Source: Gammaproteobacteria bacterium
GTDB taxonomy: Bacteria; Pseudomonadota; Gammaproteobacteria; Pseudomonadales; Azotimanducaceae
Reading direction: 5' to 3'
NCBI GenBank assembly: GCA_028821515.1
Contig: JAPPGA010000065.1
Coordinates: forward strand, 2,870-66,869
Length of the DNA stretch: 64,000 nucleotides
Part shown: positions 24,802-36,432 of the stretch, piece by piece
How the letters are laid out: each line of letters starts with the position of its first letter
How positions within the stretch are numbered: position 1 is the first letter of the stretch
The notes under the pieces: model-generated
Told to the model about the DNA's origin: nothing
Databases searched by the model: none
The model's input: only the letters and a program-made list of their open reading frames with translations
Translations under genes and position numbers: made by a program

Positions 24802-25560
24802 CTAGAAAATCTCCGCCTCGGCGGTTTTATTACCCCAGCCCCCTAAGTCGAACGTGGCTAGGAATTTGCGGCCCTCATCGTCCATCAGGGTCGCGTAACC
24901 GAGCGCGTCGGGCGTCAGGTGCCGTTCGACGGCATCGCGCACTAGGGCGCGGAGGGTGGGCGCGGGCATGGCCTCGGCCTCGACGGTATCGTCAACCTCC
25001 GGGGCGCGGGTGTCCGTCGCCTTGCGGGGTTTCGTCGGGAGGTCGAACTCCGCTATCTGGTTCTCGTTCACCGCCACGCGGTCGAACCGTATCGGAGTTG
25101 TGGTGAGGGTCGGAAGCTCCCGAGCCAGCGCCACGTCGACAAGCACTCCTGCGGGGTCGTAGTCTCCGACATAGACGATCTCGACGGCCTGGTAGGGCGC
25201 ATACCCCTGTGCTGCCTGCCATGCGTAGCTCGCGGAGGCGAATCCGCCGCAGGGGTACAGGGAGACGGCTAGGCGCTTGCATTCCTCGTGGATCATTCCC
25301 GCGATGCTCTTGGACTCGCACCAGACCTCGACCAGAACATCGGCATCGCCCCACAGGCCGAAGCGGTAGGCTCGCGCCTGCGCGCGGACGAACTCGATCG
25401 GGTCTCGGTAGGTCGGGACGTGCCACCGCATGCGCGAGGCGTCGGTGATCCATCCGTAGGGCAGGCGTCCGGCGCGGCGCATCTCCACCACGCGCTTTTG
25501 GATTTGCTTGTAGCCTTGTTCGGTCTTTGGGACCGGCTCAGCTAGGCGCGGGTCCGTCAT
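24802..25560 (-). CDS. Toprim / topoisomerase VI-A (Spo11)-like protein, probably split from its N-terminal winged-helix part
   Basis: KTEQGYKQIQKRVVEMRRAGRLPYGWITDASR, then the Toprim Glu (VWCESKSIAG), GGFASAS and the DxD motif (YVGDYDPAG). The expected upstream segment (...IVLLEAQIHAVYEADRPVSVR) is present in another frame (ORF 25538-25774). Confidence 0.65.
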   Translation of the reverse strand: MTDPRLAEPVPKTEQGYKQIQKRVVEMRRAGRLPYGWITDASRMRWHVPTYRDPIEFVRAQARAYRFGLWGDADVLVEVWCESKSIAGMIHEECKRLAVSLYPCGGFASASYAWQAAQGYAPYQAVEIVYVGDYDPAGVLVDVALARELPTLTTTPIRFDRVAVNENQIAEFDLPTKPRKATDTRAPEVDDTVEAEAMPAPTLRALVRDAVERHLTPDALGYATLMDDEGRKFLATFDLGGWGNKTAEAEIF

Positions 25561-25775
25561 GCGGTCGCACGCTGACGGGACGGTCGGCCTCGTATACAGC
25601 GTGAATTTGCGCCTCTAACAGGACGATCTGCGTCTTAGTGCGCCGCTTTCGTGTGCCCTGGCTCACCGTCTTGCGATCCACGGGCGCACCGTCTGTGGTG
25701 TGACTTGGGGCTGAATCCGGGCAGTTCACCGGTTTCGATTGGGTGAGGGGGTGCGGGAGGCGGCGTTCAGCCATT

Positions 25776-25828
25776 GAAAAGACTGGTCGGAGTGCGCGGA
25801 TTTGAACCGCGGGCCCCCGCCTCCCGAA
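25776..25828. repeat. att-type direct repeat, tRNA-proximal copy
   Basis: 53 nt: 8 nt downstream of the tRNA plus the tRNA 3' end back to the anticodon loop. It is repeated at 20848-20899. Confidence 0.9.
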
Positions 25829-25860
25829 GGCGGTGCTCTACCAGGCTGAGCTACACTCCG
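25784..25860 (-). tRNA. tRNA-Pro (anticodon CGG)
   Basis: The reverse complement is CGGAGTG TA GCTC AGCCTGGTA GAGC A CCGCC TTCGGGA GGCGG GGGCC CGCGG TTCAAAT CCGCG CACTCCG A CCA. It folds as a full cloverleaf by hand, with a 7-bp acceptor stem, a 5-nt variable loop and an encoded CCA. Confidence 0.9.
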
Positions 25861-26007
25861 ACGCCGTCCGCGCGGCATGGGCCGGCGGGCGGCGTATTGT
25901 AATGCGGGCGGCGTGGATCGCGCCAACCCGAAAGCCATTTCCAGACGGGCATCCAACCTCGGCGTAACGGATCGGCGACGTCGGGCACCTCGGCGAATGC
26001 CCCTGGA

Positions 26008-27021
26008 CTACCGCATCCGCGCCACGGCGAAGCTGGTGAGCGCTTCGAGTGCCTCCCGGTAGATGTTGTTGGGCAGGAGCGCAAGCGCGTCGGCGGAGCG
26101 GGCGGCGAATTCCACGGCGCGGTCGCGCGTGTAGTCGAGCGCGCCGGAGCGGCGCACGGCGGCCCGCACGGCGGCCAGCGCGTCGGCGCAGCGGGTCTCG
26201 AGGGCGTCGCGCACGAGGGCTGCATCCTGGGGGGAGCCGAACTTCATGGTGCGGATGAGCGGCAGTGTCGCCTTGCCTTCGGCGAGGTCGTCGCCGATGT
26301 TCTTGCCCATGACGTCGCTGTCGCCCTCGTAGTCGAGCCAGTCGTCGACGAGTTGGTAGGCGAGGCCGAAGTCCCTGCCGTACGTGCGCATCGCCTGGAT
26401 GGTCTCCGCATCCCTGGTGGCGAGTACTGCGGCGGTGTGCGCCGCGGCCTGGAACAGCAGGGCGGTCTTGCGCAGGATCACCTCCATGTAGTCTGACTCT
26501 TCGTAGGCGGCGTTGCCGATGTGGTCGAGCTGCAGCACTTCCCCCTCGGCGATGACGTTGGTGGCGTCGGCGACGATGGCCATGACGTCCATGTTGTCGA
26601 GGTCCACCATGAGCTGGAATGCGCGCGAGTACAGGAAGTCGCCGACGAGGACGCTGGGGGCGTTGCCCCAGGTCACGTTCGCGGTGGCGCGCCCGCGCCG
26701 GAGATGGGAGCCGTCCACGACGTCGTCGTGCAGCAGCGTGGCCGTGTGGAGGAACTCGATGATCGCCGCCAGGCGGATGTGGTCCGAGGCGTCGTAGCCG
26801 CAGCAGCGGGCGGTGAGCAGGACGATGAGCGGGCGCAGGCGCTTGCCGCCGCTATTGACGATGTAGGCGCCGATCTGCTCGACCAGGGCGACCTCCGACG
26901 CCAGTTGGGTCGGAATCAGCGCGTTGACCTGCGCGAAGTCGCTGGCGGCGAGCCGGTAGATGGACGCGAGGTCAGTCGCGTCGAGGCGCGGGGCGCGTGC
27001 GATCGCCGGATTTGACGCCAT
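26008..27021 (-). CDS. ispB: octaprenyl-diphosphate synthase
   Basis: Polyprenyl synthetase motifs LLHDDVVD and DDWLDY. It lies divergent to rplU, as in other gammaproteobacteria. Confidence 0.9.
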   Translation of the reverse strand: MASNPAIARAPRLDATDLASIYRLAASDFAQVNALIPTQLASEVALVEQIGAYIVNSGGKRLRPLIVLLTARCCGYDASDHIRLAAIIEFLHTATLLHDDVVDGSHLRRGRATANVTWGNAPSVLVGDFLYSRAFQLMVDLDNMDVMAIVADATNVIAEGEVLQLDHIGNAAYEESDYMEVILRKTALLFQAAAHTAAVLATRDAETIQAMRTYGRDFGLAYQLVDDWLDYEGDSDVMGKNIGDDLAEGKATLPLIRTMKFGSPQDAALVRDALETRCADALAAVRAAVRRSGALDYTRDRAVEFAARSADALALLPNNIYREALEALTSFAVARMR

Positions 27022-27238
27022 CCTGCCGAAGCTCCATATCGTGATATCGGCGCCGTTGCCCAGGGTGAGCCGCGCGTTGTAAAGGCCGCCCCCGGTCCGT
27101 AGAATTACGCGCCTTCAGCCCGGTGGCGGCGCACGGCCAGGTGACGTGTTGCGGCTTTAGCAGGGCGAATCTACGGTGAGCCGATTGCTCGCGGCATTGT
27201 AGTACAAAGGGTGTCCCACAGGTTGCATGGTTGCGTAT

Positions 27239-27550
27239 ATGTTTGCGGTTTTCGAGAGTGGCGGTAAGCAGCATCGCGTGTCTGAAGGGGACGTGGTCCG
27301 ACTCGAGCGGGTGTCCGGGGAGCCGGGTCAGAGCGTCGAGTTCGACCGCGTGCTGATGGTGTCCGAGGGCGACGACGTCACCGTCGGGACCCCATACGTG
27401 GAAGGTGGCAAGGTCACCGCCGAAGTAGTGGACCAGGGGCGCGCGGACAAGGTGCGCGTCATCAAGTTCAAGCGCCGCAAGAACTACCTGCGCCGGGCCG
27501 GCCACCGCCAGCAGTACACCGAAATCCGAATCACGGGAATCAACGCTTGA
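27239..27550 (+). CDS. rplU: 50S ribosomal protein L21
   Basis: [23 protein letters not shown]... The start is taken at the second ATG to give the canonical 103 aa. Confidence 0.95.
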   Translation: MFAVFESGGKQHRVSEGDVVRLERVSGEPGQSVEFDRVLMVSEGDDVTVGTPYVEGGKVTAEVVDQGRADKVRVIKFKRRKNYLRRAGHRQQYTEIRITGINA

Positions 27551-27625
27551 GCTGGTGGGGCTTCGCGGGTGCGTTACAATGGCGCTCCGATGCCTGATCC
27601 GGCGGTTACTGGAGGGTAGTGCATC

Positions 27626-27916
27626 ATGGCGCACAAGAAGGCTGGCGGAAGTACGCGCAACGGGCGCGACTCCCAATCAAAGCGTCTCGGCATCAAGAAG
27701 TACGCCGGACAGTTCGTTCGCGCCGGCAACATCCTGGTTCGTCAGCGGGGCACGAAGTTCAATGCGGGGGAAAACGTTGGTTGCGGCCGCGACCACACGC
27801 TGTTCGCCACCGCCGACGGATACGTGAGCTTCTTCGTCAAGGGTCCCCAGGGCAAGAAGTACCTCACCGTCACACCCGATGCCGTGCCGGAAAGCCCGCT
27901 GACCACATCGGCATAG
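27626..27916 (+). CDS. rpmA: 50S ribosomal protein L27
   Basis: [45 protein letters not shown]. Confidence 0.95.
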   Translation: MAHKKAGGSTRNGRDSQSKRLGIKKYAGQFVRAGNILVRQRGTKFNAGENVGCGRDHTLFATADGYVSFFVKGPQGKKYLTVTPDAVPESPLTTSA

Positions 27917-27954
27917 GCCGGTAATCCCCGGGTTTGGGAACGGCGGGGCGTTAG

Positions 27955-30257
<2,303 letters not shown>

Positions 30258-30297
30258 TGCTCCCGGCGGGACGGGGAGCGCGAGAATGAGACGGGGC

Positions 30298-30561
30298 TTA
30301 GCCGAGCGCCTGGATCTGGGCGTGCAGCCGCGACTTGTGCCGCGCCGCCTTGTTCCTGTGCAGGATGCCCCTGCCGACCAGCTTGTCGAGGACCGGCACG
30401 GCGGACTCGAACGCGGCGGCGGCCGCTTCCTTGTCGCCCGCCGCCAGCGCGGTATTGACCCGCTTCAGATAGGTGCGGTACATCGAGCGCTGGCTCGCGT
30501 TGCGGGCCCGCCGGGACTCGGCCTGGCGGGAGCGCTTCCTGGCTTGTCGATTGTTGGCCAA
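30298..30561 (-). CDS. rpsT: 30S ribosomal protein S20
   Basis: (TTG)[34 protein letters not shown]..., 87 aa. It has a TTG start like the UUG start of E. coli rpsT. The listed ORF 30298-31101 is an upstream over-extension. Confidence 0.9.
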   Translation of the reverse strand: MANNRQARKRSRQAESRRARNASQRSMYRTYLKRVNTALAAGDKEAAAAAFESAVPVLDKLVGRGILHRNKAARHKSRLHAQIQALG

Positions 30562-30610
30562 CTGCGTCTTCCTCGTGAAGGACGCGCTAATGTGCCCGCG
30601 GGGTCCGGCG

Positions 30611-32215
30611 ATGTCAACCGGACCGGCTAACCAGGAGACGGGCGGCACCGCCGACGTCGCCGCGGCGGGGTCGGTGGTCGCATCGATGACGGCGCTGTCG
30701 AGGGTCAGCGGGTTCGTCCGGGACATCGTGCTGTCGCACTTTCTCGGCGCTGCGGGCGCGGCGGACGCCTTCTTTGTGGCGTTCCGGATACCTAACTTCT
30801 TCCGGCGCCTGTTCGCCGAAGGCGCCTTCGCCCAGGCGTTCGTGCCGGTGCTGGCGGAGTACCGTACCGGCGACCGCCGCGCGCTGGACGACTTCGTGCG
30901 GGCCGTGGCGGGTAACCTCGCCCTGGTGCTGGCGCTCGTGACCCTTGTAGGCGTCCTCGGCGCATTTGGCCTGGTCGTGGTCTTCGCGCCGGGCTTCGCT
31001 GGCGACGACGATCGCCTGGCGCTGGCCACGGACATGCTGAGGGTCACCTTCCCGTACCTGGCATTCATCTCCCTGACGGCCTTCGCAGGGGCTTTGCTCA
31101 ACAGTTTCCATCGCTATGCGGTCCCCGCCTTCACGCCGGTATTGCTGAACCTGGTGCTTATTGGGGCGGCGCTCTTCGCCGCGCCGTTGTTCTCGCACCC
31201 GGCCATGGCCCTGGCCTGGGGGGTGCTCGTCGCGGGCGCCGCCCAACTGCTGTTCCAGTTCCCGTCGCTGCGCCGCCTCGAACTGCTGCTGGCTCCGAGG
31301 GTCGACTGGCGCGATCCCGGCGTGCGCAAGGTGGGGAGCCTGCTCGGCCCCGCCGTGTTCGCGGCGTCGGTCCACCAGCTCAACGGGCTGATCAGCGGCA
31401 TTCTCGCCTCGCTGCTCGTGACCGGGAGCATTTCGTGGCTGTACTACGCGGACCGGTTGATGGAGGTGCCCATCGGGCTGGTGGCGGTGGCTCTCGGCAC
31501 CGTGTTGTTGCCGAACCTCTCGAGGCTGCACGCCGAGGGAGATCCGGACGGTTTCGCGTCGACGCTGGACTGGGGCCTGCGCATGGCGGTGCTGTTCGCC
31601 CTGCCCGCGGCGGCGGCGCTGTTTTTCCTTGCCGTCCCGCTGGTGGGGACGATGTTCCACCACGGCGAGTTCGACGCCGGGGACGCGCGCATGACGGCGC
31701 TCGCGCTGCAGGCGTTCGCCCTCGGCCTGCCGGCGCTGGTCGTGGTCAAGATCGCAGCACCCGGGTTTTTCGCGCGGCAGGACACGCGCACGCCGTTTCG
31801 CTATGCCGCGGTCTCCGTCGGGGTCAACATCGTGGCCGGACTGGCGCTCTTCTGGTGGCTCAAGCACGTCGGGCTCGCCCTGGCGCTCGGTATCGCCGCC
31901 ACCGTCAATGCGGTGCTGCTCGTGCGGGGACTGCTGCGCCGGTCCGACTACGCGCCCACGCGCGCGCTCTGGCGAACGGTTGCCGCGGCAACCGTTGCCA
32001 GCGGCGTGATGGTGGCGGCGCTCGCATGGTTCGTTCCGCCGGACGAAGCCTGGCTCGATGCCCGGGCGTTTGCGCTCGAGGCGTTCACTGCCGGCACGTT
32101 CGTGGCCTCTCGGGCGCTGGTGCTTGCCTCCGCGGTGGTGGTCGGTCTGCTGGCGTACGCCGCCGCCGCGTACGCCATGGGCGTGCGGCCCCGCGACATG
32201 CGCCACCGCGTCTGA
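30611..32215 (+). CDS. murJ: lipid II flippase MurJ (MviN)
   Basis: [54 protein letters not shown]. The start is taken at ATG 30611 to avoid overlapping rpsT. Confidence 0.9.
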   Translation: MSTGPANQETGGTADVAAAGSVVASMTALSRVSGFVRDIVLSHFLGAAGAADAFFVAFRIPNFFRRLFAEGAFAQAFVPVLAEYRTGDRRALDDFVRAVAGNLALVLALVTLVGVLGAFGLVVVFAPGFAGDDDRLALATDMLRVTFPYLAFISLTAFAGALLNSFHRYAVPAFTPVLLNLVLIGAALFAAPLFSHPAMALAWGVLVAGAAQLLFQFPSLRRLELLLAPRVDWRDPGVRKVGSLLGPAVFAASVHQLNGLISGILASLLVTGSISWLYYADRLMEVPIGLVAVALGTVLLPNLSRLHAEGDPDGFASTLDWGLRMAVLFALPAAAALFFLAVPLVGTMFHHGEFDAGDARMTALALQAFALGLPALVVVKIAAPGFFARQDTRTPFRYAAVSVGVNIVAGLALFWWLKHVGLALALGIAATVNAVLLVRGLLRRSDYAPTRALWRTVAAATVASGVMVAALAWFVPPDEAWLDARAFALEAFTAGTFVASRALVLASAVVVGLLAYAAAAYAMGVRPRDMRHRV

Positions 32216-32237
32216 GCGGGCGAGTAGAATCCGGCCC

Positions 32238-33158
32238 ATGAAGCTCATTCGCGGCCTGCACGGCATCGCCCCGGAGCATCGCGGCAACGTCATGACCATC
32301 GGCAATTTCGACGGTGTGCACCACGGCCACCTGAAGCTGCTTGACGACCTCGTGGCGAAGGGCGTCGAACTCGAGCGGCCGACCCTGTTGATGACGTTCG
32401 AGCCTCAGCCGCGGGAGTTCTTCCGGGGCAGGGAGGTGCCGGCGCGGCTGACGCGGTTCCGCGAGAAGATGCACCTGCTCCGGCCGACGGGCATCGACCG
32501 CGTGCTCTGCATTCCGTTCAACGAAGTAACGGCGTCCATGCCCGCGTCGTACATGGCCAGGGACGTGCTGCGCGACACTCTCGGCGCGGAATACGTCATG
32601 GTGGGGGATGACTTCCGGTTCGGGGCCGGGCGCGTCGGCGACTACGCCATGCTGAAAGCGGCCGGCGGCCGCTACGGCTACGGCGTCAGCCACATGGATA
32701 CGCTGATGCTCGACGGCGAACGCGTCAGCAGCACTGGCATCCGGTCGGCGCTCGCCGCCGGCGACCTCGTGATGGCGGAAAAACTGCTGGGTCACAAGTA
32801 CTTCATGATGGGACACGTCGTCTACGGGCGGCAGATCGGCCGCACCATAGGCGTGCCGACGGCCAACATCCGGCTGCAGCGATACCGGTCCGCCCTCACC
32901 GGCGTCTTCTGCGTCTCCGTGCACGGTCTGGACCGTCGCTACACGGGTGTCGCGAACATCGGCGTACGGCCGACGGTCGATGGCCGGGAACCGCTGCTCG
33001 AAGTCCACATCTTCGACTTCGACGAGGACATCTACGGCAGGCTCCTGACCGTGACCGTGCACCACAGGCTCCGGGACGAGCGCAAGTTTCCGTCACTGGA
33101 GGCGCTCAAAGCGCAGATCGAGATCGACATCGAGCAAGCGAAGGAGTGGTTCGCGTGA
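32238..33158 (+). CDS. ribF: bifunctional riboflavin kinase / FMN adenylyltransferase
   Basis: MKLIRGLHGI...TIGNFDGVHHGH and GRTIGVPTANI. The start is at ATG 32238. Confidence 0.95.
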   Translation: MKLIRGLHGIAPEHRGNVMTIGNFDGVHHGHLKLLDDLVAKGVELERPTLLMTFEPQPREFFRGREVPARLTRFREKMHLLRPTGIDRVLCIPFNEVTASMPASYMARDVLRDTLGAEYVMVGDDFRFGAGRVGDYAMLKAAGGRYGYGVSHMDTLMLDGERVSSTGIRSALAAGDLVMAEKLLGHKYFMMGHVVYGRQIGRTIGVPTANIRLQRYRSALTGVFCVSVHGLDRRYTGVANIGVRPTVDGREPLLEVHIFDFDEDIYGRLLTVTVHHRLRDERKFPSLEALKAQIEIDIEQAKEWFA

Positions 33159-33634
33159 GGCTCGGTTGCTACGCGTTCGCGCTCCTCGTCCTCGGCATCG
33201 ACCAGTTGACGAAATACTTCGCGAGCAAGTACCTGCACTACGGGGCCGAGGTGGACCTGTTGCCGTTCCTGTCCTGGAAGCTCGTGCACAACACGGGCGC
33301 GGCGTTCAGCATGTTCGCGGACGGCGACTGGTCGCGCTGGGCCCTGTCGCTGCTGGCGGCGGTCTTCTCGGTGTTCCTCGCGAACGAGATCCGCAAGCTC
33401 GAAGCCTCGGACGGGTGGTACGGCTTCGCCTGCGCCTCGATCCTGGCGGGGGCCCTTGGCAACCTGGTGGACCGGCTGCGGCTGGGATGGGTGGTCGACT
33501 TCGTCTTCGTGCACTACGAGGCGTTCCGTTTCCCGGTCTTCAACGTTGCTGATTCCGCCGTGACGGTGGGCGCGGCCATCTGGATCGTGCTGCTTGTGAC
33601 ACGGTCGATGTCCGGGGCACGCGAGACTTCCTGA
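33155..33634 (+). CDS. lspA: lipoprotein signal peptidase II
   Basis: DQLTKYF, NTGAAFSMF, LGNLVDR, VDFV and FNVADSAV. The GTG at 33155 sits 8 nt after a strong AAGGAG and overlaps the ribF stop (GTGA). The alternative start 33146 is listed in the ORF track. Confidence 0.9.
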   Translation: MRLGCYAFALLVLGIDQLTKYFASKYLHYGAEVDLLPFLSWKLVHNTGAAFSMFADGDWSRWALSLLAAVFSVFLANEIRKLEASDGWYGFACASILAGALGNLVDRLRLGWVVDFVFVHYEAFRFPVFNVADSAVTVGAAIWIVLLVTRSMSGARETS

Positions 33635-33777
33635 TCGGGTCGACCGGCGCGCCGCCGGCTCACGCGACTCGACAGAAATGTCGCACGCATTTTCGGGACT
33701 TTTGCGTCTAAACCCGCCCGCGGGTTCGCTGTACCTTGGATTCTCGCCAACGGAGCGGCGGTGGAGATGGTGGGGAG

Positions 33778-34227
33778 ATGGCAAGGAGGGGTTTCACGCT
33801 CATCGAGTTGATGGCGGTGCTGGGGATCCTCGCGATTCTGGCTGTGCTCGCTACGCCGCTTTACACCCGCTACAGCGTCGGGAGCCACCGCGCGATGGCA
33901 CAGGCGGACCTGCTGCGCTGTGCCCAGGGAATGGAGCGCCATGCGAGCCTGCGCTTCTCCTATCGTTCGGCGATTGATTCGGATGCGGACGGCATCGGCG
34001 ACCTGGACGCAGGTTCCGTGACACCAAATGTCTGCACGCCGACGTCCACGCAGTATCGCATCGACCTGGTTGAGTCCGGGATCGCCGGGTTCCTGCTCCG
34101 GGCGAGGGCGGCGCGGCCGGGCAACGCGGTGGACGGGGATGGCGACCTGGCACTCGACGAGGCCGGCGGACGTTTCTGGGACCGCGACGGCGATGGCGAT
34201 TTCGGTCCTGGCGAGGACAGGTGGTGA
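33778..34227 (+). CDS. pilE: type IV minor pilin PilE-like
   Basis: Prepilin leader and methylation motif MARRGFTLIELMAVLGILAILA, followed by a PilE-like body. Confidence 0.75.
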   Translation: MARRGFTLIELMAVLGILAILAVLATPLYTRYSVGSHRAMAQADLLRCAQGMERHASLRFSYRSAIDSDADGIGDLDAGSVTPNVCTPTSTQYRIDLVESGIAGFLLRARAARPGNAVDGDGDLALDEAGGRFWDRDGDGDFGPGEDRW

Positions 34228-34775
34228 GCCTGGGCCGGGGCATCGGGCGGCGCGCCCCGGGACGGAGGGCAATCGGCGTCACGCTGACGGAGACCCTCGT
34301 CGCCATCCTGGTCATGAGTTCGGGCGCCCTTGGTCTCGCGGGCCTGCAGGCGGAGAGTCTGCGGGCGGGCCGTGAAGCCTACGAGCGTTCGGTGGCGGTG
34401 CAGCGGGCCGCCGACATGCTGGACCGGATCCGGGCCAACCGCGCCGTGCCGGCGGTCGAGTTCGAGGTCGGCACGGGCGCGCCGGTCTTTCAGGACTGCA
34501 TGAGCGGCGCGTGCGGCGCGCCCGAGATGGCGCGCTTTGATCTCGCCGCGTGGAAATGCGCAATCGGCGCCTGGCGCGATGACGCGGCGTGCGTGCGGAT
34601 TCGGGAAATGGACGCGTTGCCGGGCGCCGATGCGATGTCCGGTCTGCCGGAAGGCGATGGGACGGTTGTCGTGAGCAGTGGGGGAGATACAGGCGATGTG
34701 GTCACCGTCACGGTGTCGTGGCGTCCGCCCGGTCGCCGCTCTCGCCTGGGCGTGGCGATGACGAGCGGGGTGTGA
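34221..34775 (+). CDS. pilV: type IV pilus minor pilin PilV
   Basis: GVTLTETLVAILVMSSGALGLAGLQ...RSVAVQRAADMLDRIRAN is the PilV signature. Confidence 0.8.
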   Translation: MVSLGRGIGRRAPGRRAIGVTLTETLVAILVMSSGALGLAGLQAESLRAGREAYERSVAVQRAADMLDRIRANRAVPAVEFEVGTGAPVFQDCMSGACGAPEMARFDLAAWKCAIGAWRDDAACVRIREMDALPGADAMSGLPEGDGTVVVSSGGDTGDVVTVTVSWRPPGRRSRLGVAMTSGV

Positions 34776-34801
34776 GGGCGTGCGCTGGCAGGCGGTACAG
34801 G

Positions 34802-35851
34802 ATGCGGGGGCCTCGTGGAGCGTCGCTGATTGAGTTGATGCTGGCACTGGGGCTCGGCGTGCTCGTTGCGGCTGGCGCGGCGCGGTTGTTCGCGGACAGC
34901 CAGCGCACGTACCGGTTGCTGCACGGCCAGACCCGCATGCAGGAGTCCGCCCGCCAGGCGCTGGACTTCATCGCCCGGTCTGTCCGCAATGCCGGCTACC
35001 TGGGTTGCCGGTCATCGGGGATCACGGTGCGGAACACGCTGAACGGTGCGTGGGGCGACATGTTCGAGATCGACGTGACCGAGCCGGTGGAAGCGTTTGA
35101 CGGCACCGATGCACACGGGTCTGTCGATAGCTGGGTACCGAGCCTAGAGCGGTTTCCGGCACGAGGTTCCCGGAACGTGTTCGTGCGCGGTCGCGGCATC
35201 GATCCGGGCGCGGTCCTGCCGCTCACCGATGTACTGGTGTTGCGCCGGCTTGCCACGCCGGGGGCGCGCATCGCGGAGATGGTGGAACCGGACGGATTTC
35301 CCCTGGTGGAAGACGAAGGCGATCTGGCCATCGAAACCGGCGACTTTGCCGTCATCTCCGATTGCCGTCAGGCCGCGCTGTTTCGGGTTACTCGAATGGA
35401 GCGGGAAGAAGGTGTCGCGACCCTGGTCCGCGGGCCGGGCGCCGGTCCGTTCGACAATGCTGCGGGCGTTTCACTGTCCGCGGCGGGCACGCCATACGGC
35501 AGCCCTTTTGGTCCCGAAGGCGCCGCCGTGTTTGGCGTCGTCACCGAAATCTATTTCGTCGCCCGCGGCACCGGCCGCAACAATGTCGGATCCGCGCCCG
35601 CATCCCTGTGGCGAAAGACGACGATCGACGCGCCGGTGGAACTGATACAGGGGATCGATGATCTGCAACTGCGCCTCGGTCTCGACGGCAACGGCGATGG
35701 GGCGGTGGACCTGTACGCGTTGCCCGGTGCTGCCGCCGGACTGGACGTCCGATCCGTCGAGGTCCGCGTCACGGCGAACAGCGTCGACGCGATCGACGGT
35801 ACCGAGCCGATGCGCCGCACGCTTTCCCGCGTGATCGCTGTCAGGAATTAG
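34802..35851 (+). CDS. pilW: type IV pilus minor pilin PilW
   Basis: GASLIELMLALGLGVLV...MQESARQALDFIARSVRNAGYLGC. The start is at ATG 34802. Confidence 0.8.
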   Translation: MRGPRGASLIELMLALGLGVLVAAGAARLFADSQRTYRLLHGQTRMQESARQALDFIARSVRNAGYLGCRSSGITVRNTLNGAWGDMFEIDVTEPVEAFDGTDAHGSVDSWVPSLERFPARGSRNVFVRGRGIDPGAVLPLTDVLVLRRLATPGARIAEMVEPDGFPLVEDEGDLAIETGDFAVISDCRQAALFRVTRMEREEGVATLVRGPGAGPFDNAAGVSLSAAGTPYGSPFGPEGAAVFGVVTEIYFVARGTGRNNVGSAPASLWRKTTIDAPVELIQGIDDLQLRLGLDGNGDGAVDLYALPGAAAGLDVRSVEVRVTANSVDAIDGTEPMRRTLSRVIAVRN

Positions 35852-35854
35852 ATT

Positions 35855-36424
35855 GTGGCGGCCGGACGCGTTCTTGCGGTCATCCGTGCGGCACCCGGTG
35901 GGCGGGCCAGGCGAGACGGAATCGCGCTGTTCGTCTGCCTGGTGGTGCTGCTCGCGCTCGGGGTCGCGGCGGTGTCGGCGTCCCAGACGGTATCGCTGGA
36001 GGTGAGGATGGCTCGCAACGGCCACGACGGCCAACTCGCCCTGCAGGCGGCGGAGGCGGCGCTGCGGGAGGGGGAACGGCTCGTTGCCTCGACCGGTTTT
36101 GACCCGTCGGCGCCGGGCCTTTATGGGTCCTCCGGTTTCGGTGAGCTGGATCCATGGTCCCGGCCGGATACCTGGCGAAGCGGCAACAGCCGGGTGGCTG
36201 CGCCGCTGGACGGCGTTGCCGAGCCGCCCCGGTTCATTGTCGAACGGATCACCACCGGCGTGGGCGAGCCGGTATTCAGGGTGACGGCTCGTGCGGTCGG
36301 CGGGACGCCGCACGCGGTCGTGGTGCTCCAGGGCACGTTCACGTTGTCACCGAGAGACGGCGGCAGGGCGGCCGGGTCCGGGCGGGCCACCCGGTTGTCG
36401 TGGCGGGAACTTGATGCACGGTGA
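35855..36424 (+). CDS. pilX: type IV pilus minor pilin PilX
   Basis: GIALFVCLVVLLALGVAAVSASQTVSLEVRMARN...ALQAAEAAL is the PilX N-terminal domain pattern. Confidence 0.75.
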   Translation: MAAGRVLAVIRAAPGGRARRDGIALFVCLVVLLALGVAAVSASQTVSLEVRMARNGHDGQLALQAAEAALREGERLVASTGFDPSAPGLYGSSGFGELDPWSRPDTWRSGNSRVAAPLDGVAEPPRFIVERITTGVGEPVFRVTARAVGGTPHAVVVLQGTFTLSPRDGGRAAGSGRATRLSWRELDAR

Positions 36425-36432
36425 CCGGCCCG

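Larger units (their letters stand above)
20848..25828. mobile_element. decayed ~5-kb integrative element (prophage/genomic-island remnant) inserted in the 3' half of tRNA-Pro
   Basis: Bounded by 52/53-bp direct repeats, one of which is part of the intact tRNA. It contains tyrosine-recombinase, terminase and HNH remnants plus lower-GC cargo. Confidence 0.85.

Noticed and set aside
30473-30610. Upstream extension of murJ (580-aa ORF) and the 267-aa extension of rpsT (30298-31101)
   Set aside because: The two extensions overlap each other antisense. Canonical protein N-termini (MSTGP... for Mur[12 protein letters not shown] for S20) define the shorter genes.
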